DNA of 43,482 bases, taken from assembly GCA_043771035.1 (NCBI GenBank), contig JAYVHQ010000017.1, forward strand, positions 1-43,482. The letters run 5' to 3'. The translations under genes were made by a program, and so were the position numbers. This document shows positions 1 through 8,142 of the stretch, piece by piece. The notes under the pieces are model-generated. The model was not told where the DNA came from. It did not search any database and saw nothing but the letters and a program-made list of their open reading frames with translations. Origin of the DNA: Candidatus Kaiserbacteria bacterium (GTDB lineage: Bacteria > Patescibacteriota > Minisyncoccia > Phycocordibacterales > UBA918). Numbering within the stretch: position 1 is the first letter of the stretch; each line of letters begins with the position of its first letter.

Positions 1-935
1 TATAGTTTGATTGCAAAACTAAACATCCACAACAAACTTATAATAACTAAAAGAGCAATTACTATCTGTTTAAGCGGGATTATCCAAAAAAATACCGTAC
101 TGGTTACAAAATTTTTTTCATTTTCTCCGAAGCCTAACGTAGCTACCGCTTTAAACCTGCCGATATCATACAATGACGATTCACCAGTCCAGCTGAAATT
201 GAACTTACGAATACTGTTTGGTAAAACATTACCAAAATGTGTTTGATAATTTATCGGAATGATTCCCCTCTGCGCACCCCACATGTTGGTGATAGTGATA
301 TCTCCTTGTGGCTGAAGATGTACATTGCCCGTATTTTGAAAACGAATCTCAAACTCTACTTCTGGCTTAGGTACAATAGAATCTACAGTGGTAAACTCAC
401 GAATATTACCCACTTCTACAATATCACCAGATATTCGAACAAACAGCAAAGAAGTGACAAATTGGGCTGTTTGCACCTGAGGACTAGTGGCCGAAGTTTG
501 CGGTGGTTTTGTGCCAATTAAAATAGCGGCGTAATGACCCCCGGGAGCAGCCGTAGCTGAAACAGTGACCGAAAAAGGGATGCTCACTGTTTGTCCAGGC
601 GGTATGACAAAAGCGCTACCAGAAAGTGCCACCCATTCAGCTAAAGTTTGCCCCTTTGTTTCATCTGAAAATATAGGAACCATGGCTCCTTGACCATTCT
701 CACCTGACGGAGCGAAATTTACGACTTGGGGATAGACAGTAATTTCGTAATCGTTTACGTTTATAACACGAACTTCACTTGACCAAGACTGACTTGGATT
801 GGCAGACATTTGAAAGAGAGTTGGCGACACGCTCAAAGTTTGAGCCTGCATATCTTGAGCTCTCACTACAAGACCGTGTGTAAAAAGTACACACAACAAT
901 ACAAAGAAATAACTATTTTTTAAGATTGATATCAT
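1..935 (-). CDS. Surface-complex anchor-like protein, paralog 1 (3' end cut by the window edge). It has a signal peptide, two beta-sandwich-like domains and a C-terminal TM helix, an architecture like CscA (DUF916/DUF3324-type).
   Basis: The minus-strand frame is open from ATG 935..933 to position 3, with no stop before the window edge, so it is absent from the supplied track. I checked the frame by hand at three places (935, ~569-513, 32-3). The translation starts MISILKNSYFFVLLCVLFTHGLVVRAQD (signal peptide). It continues ...GQTVSIPFSVTVSATAAPGGHYAAILIG... and ...EFEIRFQNTGNVHLQPQGDITITN.... It ends in the hydrophobic helix IVIALLVIISLLWMFSFAI at the edge. The start overlaps the upstream gene end by 23 nt. 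Confidence 0.6.
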   Translation of the reverse strand, partial: MISILKNSYFFVLLCVLFTHGLVVRAQDMQAQTLSVSPTLFQMSANPSQSWSSEVRVINVNDYEITVYPQVVNFAPSGENGQGAMVPIFSDETKGQTLAEWVALSGSAFVIPPGQTVSIPFSVTVSATAAPGGHYAAILIGTKPPQTSATSPQVQTAQFVTSLLFVRISGDIVEVGNIREFTTVDSIVPKPEVEFEIRFQNTGNVHLQPQGDITITNMWGAQRGIIPINYQTHFGNVLPNSIRKFNFSWTGESSLYDIGRFKAVATLGFGENEKNFVTSTVFFWIIPLKQIVIALLVIISLLWMFSFAIKL

Positions 936-1890
936 GATCTTTTTCAATGCCGACAATTCCACTACGAACATACATGGACACATCCCCCTGATCGACTACA
1001 AGCTTGTTTCTTTTTTTATTATAGTATAAAGCTAACATAATCGAACCTAAGAGCATTATTACAAATGAAAGCAATAAATAAACCAAAGGTACTACATTAA
1101 AATAGGCAGTATCATATAAATTAGCTCGCTGGGTTGTGCCGTACTCAATATTGAGCAATGCCTTATGCCGACCAATAATACCTAAATAAGGAATAGTCTG
1201 CTCAAATTTTTCATTACTGCCAGACTTTATTTCTTTTCTTTCCGGATTAACGGGAATAGATGTAACCTCTACTCCACGAGCGTCATAAAAAATAATCTCA
1301 CCCAAAGGGACTATAGGAAGACCGCCAATATTTTCTAATTGGTACGAGACAGTGGCTATACGATCACTCGTGATAAAGCGATTGATATTAAAGAGATTTA
1401 ATCTTAGATATTCATTTCTTTTTTCTACAATTGATAACCGCACGACTACCCCGGGAGCTTGGCCTGAAATCACCAAGGCATCGACCTCGTCACGCTTTGA
1501 ACCCTCGGCAAAGCCTACAAACGCATAGTACTCGCCCGCTTCAGCACTAGGATTTATAGCGAATGAAACTGGTATTTTGATAGTTTCGTTGGGATTTATT
1601 TCCACCCGACCGCGGGTTACTGATATCCAACTAGTGACACTGGTTGAGTTATCACTCATCGAGGCTGGTACAAAAGACCGGACTTCCCCTTCATCACCAA
1701 CCGTAATAGCATTTACTGTAGGGAAAATACGTATTTTTCTATTCGACGTATTGGTTATTTTGACAGTTTCTTCGAAGATATCTCGCGGTTCAACAGTATT
1801 TTCAATAAGTAACGGTGTCACGGCGTATTCAGCAGCCGAAGCTACCTGTGTCATAACGGCAAACAATAAAAGAAAAAAGAAATATTTCAT
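913..1890 (-). CDS. Surface-complex anchor-like protein, paralog 2. It has a signal peptide, two beta-sandwich-like domains, a C-terminal TM helix and a basic tail (CscA/DUF916-DUF3324-like architecture).
   Basis: Track ORF 913..2232 is trimmed to the internal ATG at 1890, which gives MKYFFFLLLFAVMTQVASA/AEY, a clean signal peptide. This start lies 7 nt after the stop of 1898..8059, and the 114 upstream codons only overlap that gene. The C-terminus is VVPLVYLLLSFVIMLLGSIMLALYY followed by NKKRNK. The motifs VSFAINPSAEAGEYYAFVGF and QLENIGGLPIVPLGEIIFYD parallel paralogs 1 and 3. Confidence 0.75.
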   Translation of the reverse strand: MKYFFFLLLFAVMTQVASAAEYAVTPLLIENTVEPRDIFEETVKITNTSNRKIRIFPTVNAITVGDEGEVRSFVPASMSDNSTSVTSWISVTRGRVEINPNETIKIPVSFAINPSAEAGEYYAFVGFAEGSKRDEVDALVISGQAPGVVVRLSIVEKRNEYLRLNLFNINRFITSDRIATVSYQLENIGGLPIVPLGEIIFYDARGVEVTSIPVNPERKEIKSGSNEKFEQTIPYLGIIGRHKALLNIEYGTTQRANLYDTAYFNVVPLVYLLLSFVIMLLGSIMLALYYNKKRNKLVVDQGDVSMYVRSGIVGIEKDHDINLKK

Positions 1891-1897
1891 ACAGTAA

Positions 1898-4800
1898 TTA
1901 ATAGGTTGGGACAGCCAGGTAAACAATTTCTGTTTCATATATACCGGCAGGTTGCAGCGAACTGACACTGACTCTATACAGGATATCATGAACATCACTC
2001 GCGGGAAGAGAGCTGTACATGACTTCTTGTGGCGTAGTCTGCAAGCCAGCATAGCTGTCAAGTGGCGCAAAGCGTGTGGAACCCAAGCCCAAAGTAGCGT
2101 CAGTAGTATGATAACCAATACAACCCGTCGAACTAGCCACACATCCGAGAGCCCAGCTCGATGGCGCAAGATTTGTAGCTGCAATTGAAGGAATTGCGGT
2201 ACCGTAACTATTAAGCAACTGCTGCCGAGCATAACTTAACACCCGATACCCTTCGGTCGCATTAGTGTTAATTTGTATTCTGTGCGCTGAATACCAAGGA
2301 GTATCAAGAGGGATGAAGCCAAAATTAATCGCAGCTGGTGTTGAGGTGGCTGTTGTAACCACTCCAGCAGTAGTCGTTCCTGATGGCAAACCGGTAATGG
2401 TGAGAGATAATTTTGCTGTTTCAGAAACTAAACTAGGATTAACACTGCCGACTTTGAGCGGTACCTGGACTTCATTTAAGGTATCATATAACCTAAAGTA
2501 ATAAACGACTCCTACCCTAGCGATACCCTGTTTCAGATAAAAGGCATACTCTCGATTAGCACTCGGCAGATGGGTATCGCCCAGCGCAAATGTTCCTGAG
2601 GTATTATGAGTACCACAGCCAATACCAGCACTACTGGCACAGCTATTAGCATCAGACAACACTTTTGTGGTGATAGTGGCATTATCAAGTCCGCCACCAA
2701 GCGCGTAACACCAGGTAGAAGTGGCGACACAACTTGAGGTGGACGTTACATCTCGGGGATTGGTGAAGTTTGGATTTTCATCAAACTGCACTTTAAATTT
2801 GACATTCTGTCCCCGTACATTTTTTGCTTCACCGACCGTTACACGCAATGCCAGATTATTACCGTTTTGTATTTCTACTGGCGCATTGTTTTCTACAGCT
2901 AGTGGCCCGCTGGGTGTTTCGCTGGCAGAATCATCATACCAACGCCAATTTTGTGTTTGCGGAGTAAAACCAGCCGTTCTGATTTGCGGATAATTAAAGT
3001 AGCCATCAAGCGTAGTCCCGTCGGCTCTCACCATTTTAAAACAATAGACACTGCGCTCAAGGGCGCCGTTGTGTTCAAGTTGCCAGTCGAATTCAATTTC
3101 TTCGGTGGGATTGGCACCATAGGGGTTAGCGGGGGCGGGATTTTCTTCTACATAACTTCCCGCTCTGTCTGACACAGACAGTAACAAGTCCCCAAAAACC
3201 GGCGGGTTGGTTGAGAGAGGTACGCCGTTTGTTGTACCGGTAGCATTATAGCCGCGCCAAACTGCTGCTCCGCCAGCAGCACCGACGTCGGTCCACGGCG
3301 AGACCGCGGTACAGGAAGTAACGCGTAGACCATACTGTAATTTAAAATCATACAACCCAGCCGGCAGGTTGGCATTTGTTACTCTCAGTGACATGCGCAG
3401 ACGCACCCGGTCGGCTTCGCCGAGCGGCTGATCGGTAATTGATAAAGGCGTATTTTCACCTAGATTACTTACTCCTGGCGGCCAGGGATCAGTTGGTAAG
3501 AGAGAATTATTATCAGCGTATATTCGATAATAATTTTGTCGGACAGCTAAACCGTTAATTGGCCACTCGACAATTTCTGTGCGGTACGTGAGCAAAGCAG
3601 TTGATGCTTCACTCCTCCATACAACATAGGACGAAGTAGATGTGATACTCAGTCCGGTCATCGCTAACGGAAAGTTGGAGTTTGCACCAACAACTCGTGC
3701 TGTCCCCCAAATTGAGGCATTGGTGACGGTTTCCAGTGGCGAGAAAATCGGTACGGCCAAGACGACTGGTTCAGTGCCGTCAGTGGTATTTCCATTACTT
3801 CTTTGCACCTTCATTGCGCCAGCACTGGTTTGCTGATTCTCAATCACCCAAGCTACTGAAGTGTGTGAAGCCGGAGTAGTTGCGGCATCTTCTAATTTAA
3901 ACGACAACGACCCGATACTCGAGAGCCAGACTTCGTGTCCAAAGTTATTGACGTTACCAAGGGCATTGATTCTTTTTTGGGTATGAATAAAGGTTCGCGC
4001 CAAACTGTTTACGGGTGAAATAGATTCTGTTTCAATGACGGTACTTGAGGAATAGGTATGTTCTACCCGCTCTATGTTCCAGTTGATCCCGGTGTACTCT
4101 ACCACTGCGTAACTAACATCGATTATCGCTCCACCAGCACCGCGCTCTAAAAATGGGCGACTGGTAGAACTAATCCACTGCGAAGTGACTGCTCCAGCAT
4201 AGTAAAAGTTACGACCGGCATCTCGATTAGCTATTCCGGTAATAAACACTACTACATCAGCATTATCTGAGACTCCAGGCACGATAAACCCGGTCGAAGA
4301 AGTCGCGATGCTCGCCAAAGAAGTAGTAGCCACTGACAGAACCTTCATCTCATTGTCAGTCCCCGCTTCGGCGATAAACTCAATAATTTCCCAGTAAACT
4401 TGCGTGTTGTTAATAGGTGATGGTGGTCGAGCAATAGTAAAGCTCGTTGCTAAATTGCCAGGATTAGAAATATAAGCAGTCACATCTTTAGCATTTTGTG
4501 CCCCGCCAAGGGTATTTTTACCAGCCCCAGTTATTTGCGTATTCGTAATACGGACAAAGGCGCGCGTCGAGGATGCAGGAGCTACATAGTCTACTCCGGC
4601 AGTGAGTGTCAAGCCGGTCCCTGTGACATTTGACGTACCCCGTTGTATTTTAAAATCACGTTTTGGAGCAGTTTTTATTTCTGCATAATTATCATACTGA
4701 CCAAGTTCAGTACTGGCGTCAGTTACCCGGAAACAATAAATAGTATTGTTGGCAGTAATCCCCGTGGAAGTGATACTGTACTCCAACTCAGTAAAACCCG

Positions 4801-7800
4801 TCTGTGATAATGTGATGCTGCTAGTTAGATCAGACGTGTCTTTAATTCCAGCATTGGCTGACAAAAATGTAACATTGCCATCGATCACTCCACCACTACT
4901 GGTGGCAATATTTGTCGTATTATTTCCGTCGGTGAGATTGGCTGTATTAAACATATTCCAGTCATCATTTGCAGCACCAACGCTCGTCCACACACTAACC
5001 GCACTACAAGAAGTAATTTTTGGCCCATACTCGAGTTGATACTGTACAGCCGATGAAGTGGCTGAGCCTTCATTACTAATACCAATCCGTAACCTGATTG
5101 TGGAGCCGGCTCCATGTTCAGTGAGAAGCGTATTGACACTTCCGCCGGTAGCAGAAGAGGCTGTTGTTTCACTGCCGTTATCAGTCCGCCAATGATAACC
5201 AGTTTGGGCCAAAATTGCGCCTGATAACGTAGTCGTACCTGAAAGCAACACTGGTGTAGTCGGACCAACTGCGCCACTAGAAATAGTGACGTCATTACCT
5301 CCGTTACTAATTTCGATTTCGATTGTTTCGCCATTAGTAGCACCGCTCACGATATCAAACACTACATACACACACATCGCTTGAGTGGTAGTTATCGCTA
5401 CAGAACCAGAAAACGTCGAGCTTCCATTAATATCAGAAAAGCCATCGGTATCTGTTGCCCCAAATTGAAGTTCTGATCCAGCATATGATTCACTGACACA
5501 GTTGTAAGGTGCAGTGGTATCGAGGTCATACCGTAGTTTTATATTATCCAAACTACTCGTGGCATTAACCGTACCAGTTTCGGTGACGGTAATAGCTGTC
5601 ACGTTTCGGGAGCTAACATTTTCTGTGAACGAAAAAGATCCACCGATCATCAGATTTGTTGAGGGAATAACGGCCGAAGAAACTTGCGTCCCCGTTGTAC
5701 CAAGTGTTACATCTGCTGAGACCGTCACCGCTGCATATTGACTATATACAGGCAGAGGTGTGCCAGCGTTTGTTACTCTAAAACAATAGGTGGTTCCCTG
5801 TGAAGCTGATGATGAGGCTACGATAGAGTATTCGATTTCAGTAAAGTTTGTTGTAGCTAAAATCAGTCCTCCAGTCTGTGAAGTGGTATCCAATTGTCCA
5901 CCATTTGGCGTTAAAAAAGTTGTATTTTCATTTACCATTCCCCCGCTTCCCACCGTAATATCAGTTGTATTAGTGCCATTTATGACAAAACTTGAATCAG
6001 ACATACCCCACGCGTCATTCACGGCATTTACATCGGTCCAGCCAGTAGCTACTTCACATGTAGGCGCAGCTTCTGCATATTCCAACCTAAATTGCGTAAC
6101 TGGACTTGAAAGCGTTCCTTCGTTTGAAACTTGTACTCTTAAACGACGGGGTGTGTTTTGGAGTAACGCTGGTAATGGGGTGTCAGCGGTACCGAGGGTG
6201 GCTGAGGTAGCAGCCGTTTCGTTGCCGTTATCATTGCGCCAATGGTAGTGAGTCTGGGTTAAGGTATCGTTATTAATCACTGTCCCAGAGAGAAATGCTA
6301 CGGCAGTTGCAGGAGTAACTACTCCCCCACCTGAAACCAAAATGTCGACTGCGGGATTATTAACATACATTCGTAATGTAGAAGAACTTAAAGCTGAGTC
6401 TAATACATCAACCACGGTATACACACACATTGCCCGAACTGGACTAATATTTACCAAGCCATTGAAAGAAGAAACTCCATCACTACCACTAAAACCATTT
6501 ATATCAGTTGAACCAAATTGAGCTTCTAAACCAGAGTAGGATTCACTGACACAGTCATACGGCGTAGTGGTATCAATATCATACAAAACTTTTATATTTT
6601 TTATGGCGTTACTGGCGTCCACTGTGCCATTTTCTGAAATAGTAATATCTGTCACGTTACGGCTAACCTGATTTTCTTTTAGTAATATTGTGCCTCCAGT
6701 ATAAACATTAGTGGAACTCGCCGACACAGACGCAGTTGGGGTACCTAAAGTAGAAGCTTTTGTAACCGGCGCAATATCGGCTACGGTATTTCCAAAAATT
6801 TCGTCAGGATTAGTCCCGGGGTCTTCCCATGACGCATAAATACGTTCGTCACTCATGATGTTCATATCAAGACCATACATATCGGCAGTCACGGTATTAA
6901 CCGGTCCTCTCTCGGCACTCCAGGCAGACATGGCGCTCGTTGAGGTAGCGTAATAGACATTACCAGTAGTAGCAGTAGCGGGGGTTGTACGCAAAACGTA
7001 CGCTACGTACACCTCGCCTAGATTTACATCTAGGGATATAGCAACTCCATGTAAGCCTCTGGTTGTATTTGTAAATACATTTGCTGTTGCTGACCATGAA
7101 CCACTCACGTATTTTGCCGTTCTCACATCGTGGTCAAGTACCGTATAGTTATCATTATCAGCCGCATAGGCTAAATAGATATCTCCCGTTATCTGATCTT
7201 GTGTCAAAGCCATACCAACATCATAGGTAGCGCTGTGAACAGCGTTACTATCAACCGCTAACCAGCTACCAGACCAAGCTGTTCCATTCCAGACTTTTGA
7301 TCGAATATCAAAAGCAGAAATATCACGATTTACCAAAAGCATGTCACCTCCTAAAAGCGGCATTAAGATACTCCAGTCATTGGCCGCCTCAGTGTATGGC
7401 GTCGTAATTTCACCCCAACCACCAGTTGTATTACAGCTACTACTACACCTGACTACAAATGAATCCGAGACGGCAGGCGAAGTCATATAAAGCACGCCGT
7501 CAGTACCTTTAGAGATTGACTGTTCATTTGTTCCCGCGACATACACAGGAACTTGGCCGGAATTTACGATAGTACTGATGGGTGCCGACCCCAGTAACCT
7601 GGTATCACTAGTTGTATCGAGCCTGTTATACCAAAGATCGTCATTACCAACATCCATAGTTGAGATGTGAATGTTGGTTCCAGAGTCCCCGGGCGTCCAA
7701 CCGTCATACCACACAGCAATGCTGGTACAGTCAGTTTGAGCATCAACAATAACGGCGGCACTCCACGCATTACCACCGTTGGTAGTTTTACTATAGGAAC

Positions 7801-8059
7801 ATTCTCCACCACCATCTACAAAAAATTTATACCCGACTTGATCAGATATAAACACTGTCTGTGAACCAGCAAATAAATGCTCAGTAGCAGTAGTACTAAC
7901 AGCTCCGTCAATAGTGACTACCGCAGCTTCGGCGACTTTTGGCACTAAGAATTCTAAAAAAGTTAATTGCGTTGCCACAATTACAAAAATAAGTCCGGCC
8001 GTAATAATACGCTGTCTAAAGTTACAACTAAAAAACGAAGGATACCTCCCCATGGTCAT
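1898..8059 (-). CDS. Giant (2,053 aa) secreted surface protein. It has an N-terminal signal anchor, a BNR/Asp-box-like beta-propeller, a 2 x 350-codon tandem repeat, a unique ~370-aa region, further YxW/YCFR-type beta-sandwich modules and a C-terminal pilin/WxL-like domain.
   Basis: The ORF is uninterrupted for 6.2 kb. The N-terminus IITAGLIFVIVATQLTFLEFLVPKVAEAA/VV looks like a signal peptide or anchor. The composition is Thr/Ser/Gly/Asn-rich and poor in charged residues, typical of extracellular beta-rich proteins. There is no LPXTG and no C-terminal TM. Confidence 0.9.
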   Translation of the reverse strand: MTMGRYPSFFSCNFRQRIITAGLIFVIVATQLTFLEFLVPKVAEAAVVTIDGAVSTTATEHLFAGSQTVFISDQVGYKFFVDGGGECSYSKTTNGGNAWSAAVIVDAQTDCTSIAVWYDGWTPGDSGTNIHISTMDVGNDDLWYNRLDTTSDTRLLGSAPISTIVNSGQVPVYVAGTNEQSISKGTDGVLYMTSPAVSDSFVVRCSSSCNTTGGWGEITTPYTEAANDWSILMPLLGGDMLLVNRDISAFDIRSKVWNGTAWSGSWLAVDSNAVHSATYDVGMALTQDQITGDIYLAYAADNDNYTVLDHDVRTAKYVSGSWSATANVFTNTTRGLHGVAISLDVNLGEVYVAYVLRTTPATATTGNVYYATSTSAMSAWSAERGPVNTVTADMYGLDMNIMSDERIYASWEDPGTNPDEIFGNTVADIAPVTKASTLGTPTASVSASSTNVYTGGTILLKENQVSRNVTDITISENGTVDASNAIKNIKVLYDIDTTTPYDCVSESYSGLEAQFGSTDINGFSGSDGVSSFNGLVNISPVRAMCVYTVVDVLDSALSSSTLRMYVNNPAVDILVSGGGVVTPATAVAFLSGTVINNDTLTQTHYHWRNDNGNETAATSATLGTADTPLPALLQNTPRRLRVQVSNEGTLSSPVTQFRLEYAEAAPTCEVATGWTDVNAVNDAWGMSDSSFVINGTNTTDITVGSGGMVNENTTFLTPNGGQLDTTSQTGGLILATTNFTEIEYSIVASSSASQGTTYCFRVTNAGTPLPVYSQYAAVTVSADVTLGTTGTQVSSAVIPSTNLMIGGSFSFTENVSSRNVTAITVTETGTVNATSSLDNIKLRYDLDTTAPYNCVSESYAGSELQFGATDTDGFSDINGSSTFSGSVAITTTQAMCVYVVFDIVSGATNGETIEIEISNGGNDVTISSGAVGPTTPVLLSGTTTLSGAILAQTGYHWRTDNGSETTASSATGGSVNTLLTEHGAGSTIRLRIGISNEGSATSSAVQYQLEYGPKITSCSAVSVWTSVGAANDDWNMFNTANLTDGNNTTNIATSSGGVIDGNVTFLSANAGIKDTSDLTSSITLSQTGFTELEYSITSTGITANNTIYCFRVTDASTELGQYDNYAEIKTAPKRDFKIQRGTSNVTGTGLTLTAGVDYVAPASSTRAFVRITNTQITGAGKNTLGGAQNAKDVTAYISNPGNLATSFTIARPPSPINNTQVYWEIIEFIAEAGTDNEMKVLSVATTSLASIATSSTGFIVPGVSDNADVVVFITGIANRDAGRNFYYAGAVTSQWISSTSRPFLERGAGGAIIDVSYAVVEYTGINWNIERVEHTYSSSTVIETESISPVNSLARTFIHTQKRINALGNVNNFGHEVWLSSIGSLSFKLEDAATTPASHTSVAWVIENQQTSAGAMKVQRSNGNTTDGTEPVVLAVPIFSPLETVTNASIWGTARVVGANSNFPLAMTGLSITSTSSYVVWRSEASTALLTYRTEIVEWPINGLAVRQNYYRIYADNNSLLPTDPWPPGVSNLGENTPLSITDQPLGEADRVRLRMSLRVTNANLPAGLYDFKLQYGLRVTSCTAVSPWTDVGAAGGAAVWRGYNATGTTNGVPLSTNPPVFGDLLLSVSDRAGSYVEENPAPANPYGANPTEEIEFDWQLEHNGALERSVYCFKMVRADGTTLDGYFNYPQIRTAGFTPQTQNWRWYDDSASETPSGPLAVENNAPVEIQNGNNLALRVTVGEAKNVRGQNVKFKVQFDENPNFTNPRDVTSTSSCVATSTWCYALGGGLDNATITTKVLSDANSCASSAGIGCGTHNTSGTFALGDTHLPSANREYAFYLKQGIARVGVVYYFRLYDTLNEVQVPLKVGSVNPSLVSETAKLSLTITGLPSGTTTAGVVTTATSTPAAINFGFIPLDTPWYSAHRIQINTNATEGYRVLSYARQQLLNSYGTAIPSIAATNLAPSSWALGCVASSTGCIGYHTTDATLGLGSTRFAPLDSYAGLQTTPQEVMYSSLPASDVHDILYRVSVSSLQPAGIYETEIVYLAVPTY
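1901..2415 (-). other. C-terminal class-1 module (pilin/WxL-like beta-sandwich) of the 2,053-aa protein.
   Basis: The segment LSLTITGLPSGTT..AAINFGFIPLD..HRIQINTNATEGYRVLSYARQQL...LQPAGIYETEIVYLAVPTY aligns motif for motif with the C-terminus of the 383-aa protein (14106..14670): FTFTVAGLPGGTD..TAIPFGQLVAD..QRLSVSTNASYGFAVTVQVDQQL...LQEAGNDYTATLTYVATPVF. Confidence 0.5.
4660..6770 (-). repeat. Tandem duplication of a ~1.05-kb (350-codon) unit inside the 2,053-aa gene.
   Basis: Homologous landmarks HYHWRNDNG (Y codon at 6247) and GYHWRTDNG (Y codon at 5197) are exactly 1,050 nt apart. The flanking peptides are collinear: NVTDITISENGTVDASNAIKNIKVLYDIDTTTPYDCVSESYSG versus NVTAITVTETGTVNATSSLDNIKLRYDLDTTAPYNCVSESYAG. 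Both units end in YCFRVT. Confidence 0.85.
6770..7925 (-). other. BNR/sialidase-like beta-propeller region (N-terminal domain of the 2,053-aa protein).
   Basis: There is an Asp-box-like KTTNGGNAWS (compare S-x-D-x-G-x-T-W). Blade-like motifs recur: VWNGTAWSGSW, YVSGSWSATANV and AMSAWSAERG. Confidence 0.4.
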
Positions 8060-8142
8060 ATTTTCTCATGTTTATGTGTGGACTCAAACCACCCCCTGTA
8101 GAGAGTGAATATTACACCACAAGAAGATTTAGTTTGGCTCAA

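Noticed and set aside
7-521. Plus-strand track ORFs 7..246 and 237..521.
   Set aside because: They are antisense to the unlisted but convincing minus-strand gene 1..935.
1891-2232. The N-terminal 114 codons of track ORF 913..2232.
   Set aside because: This stretch overlaps the 3' end of the 2,053-aa gene in another frame and encodes an implausible Leu/Arg/Cys-rich peptide. The internal ATG at 1890 gives a textbook signal peptide 7 nt after the upstream stop.
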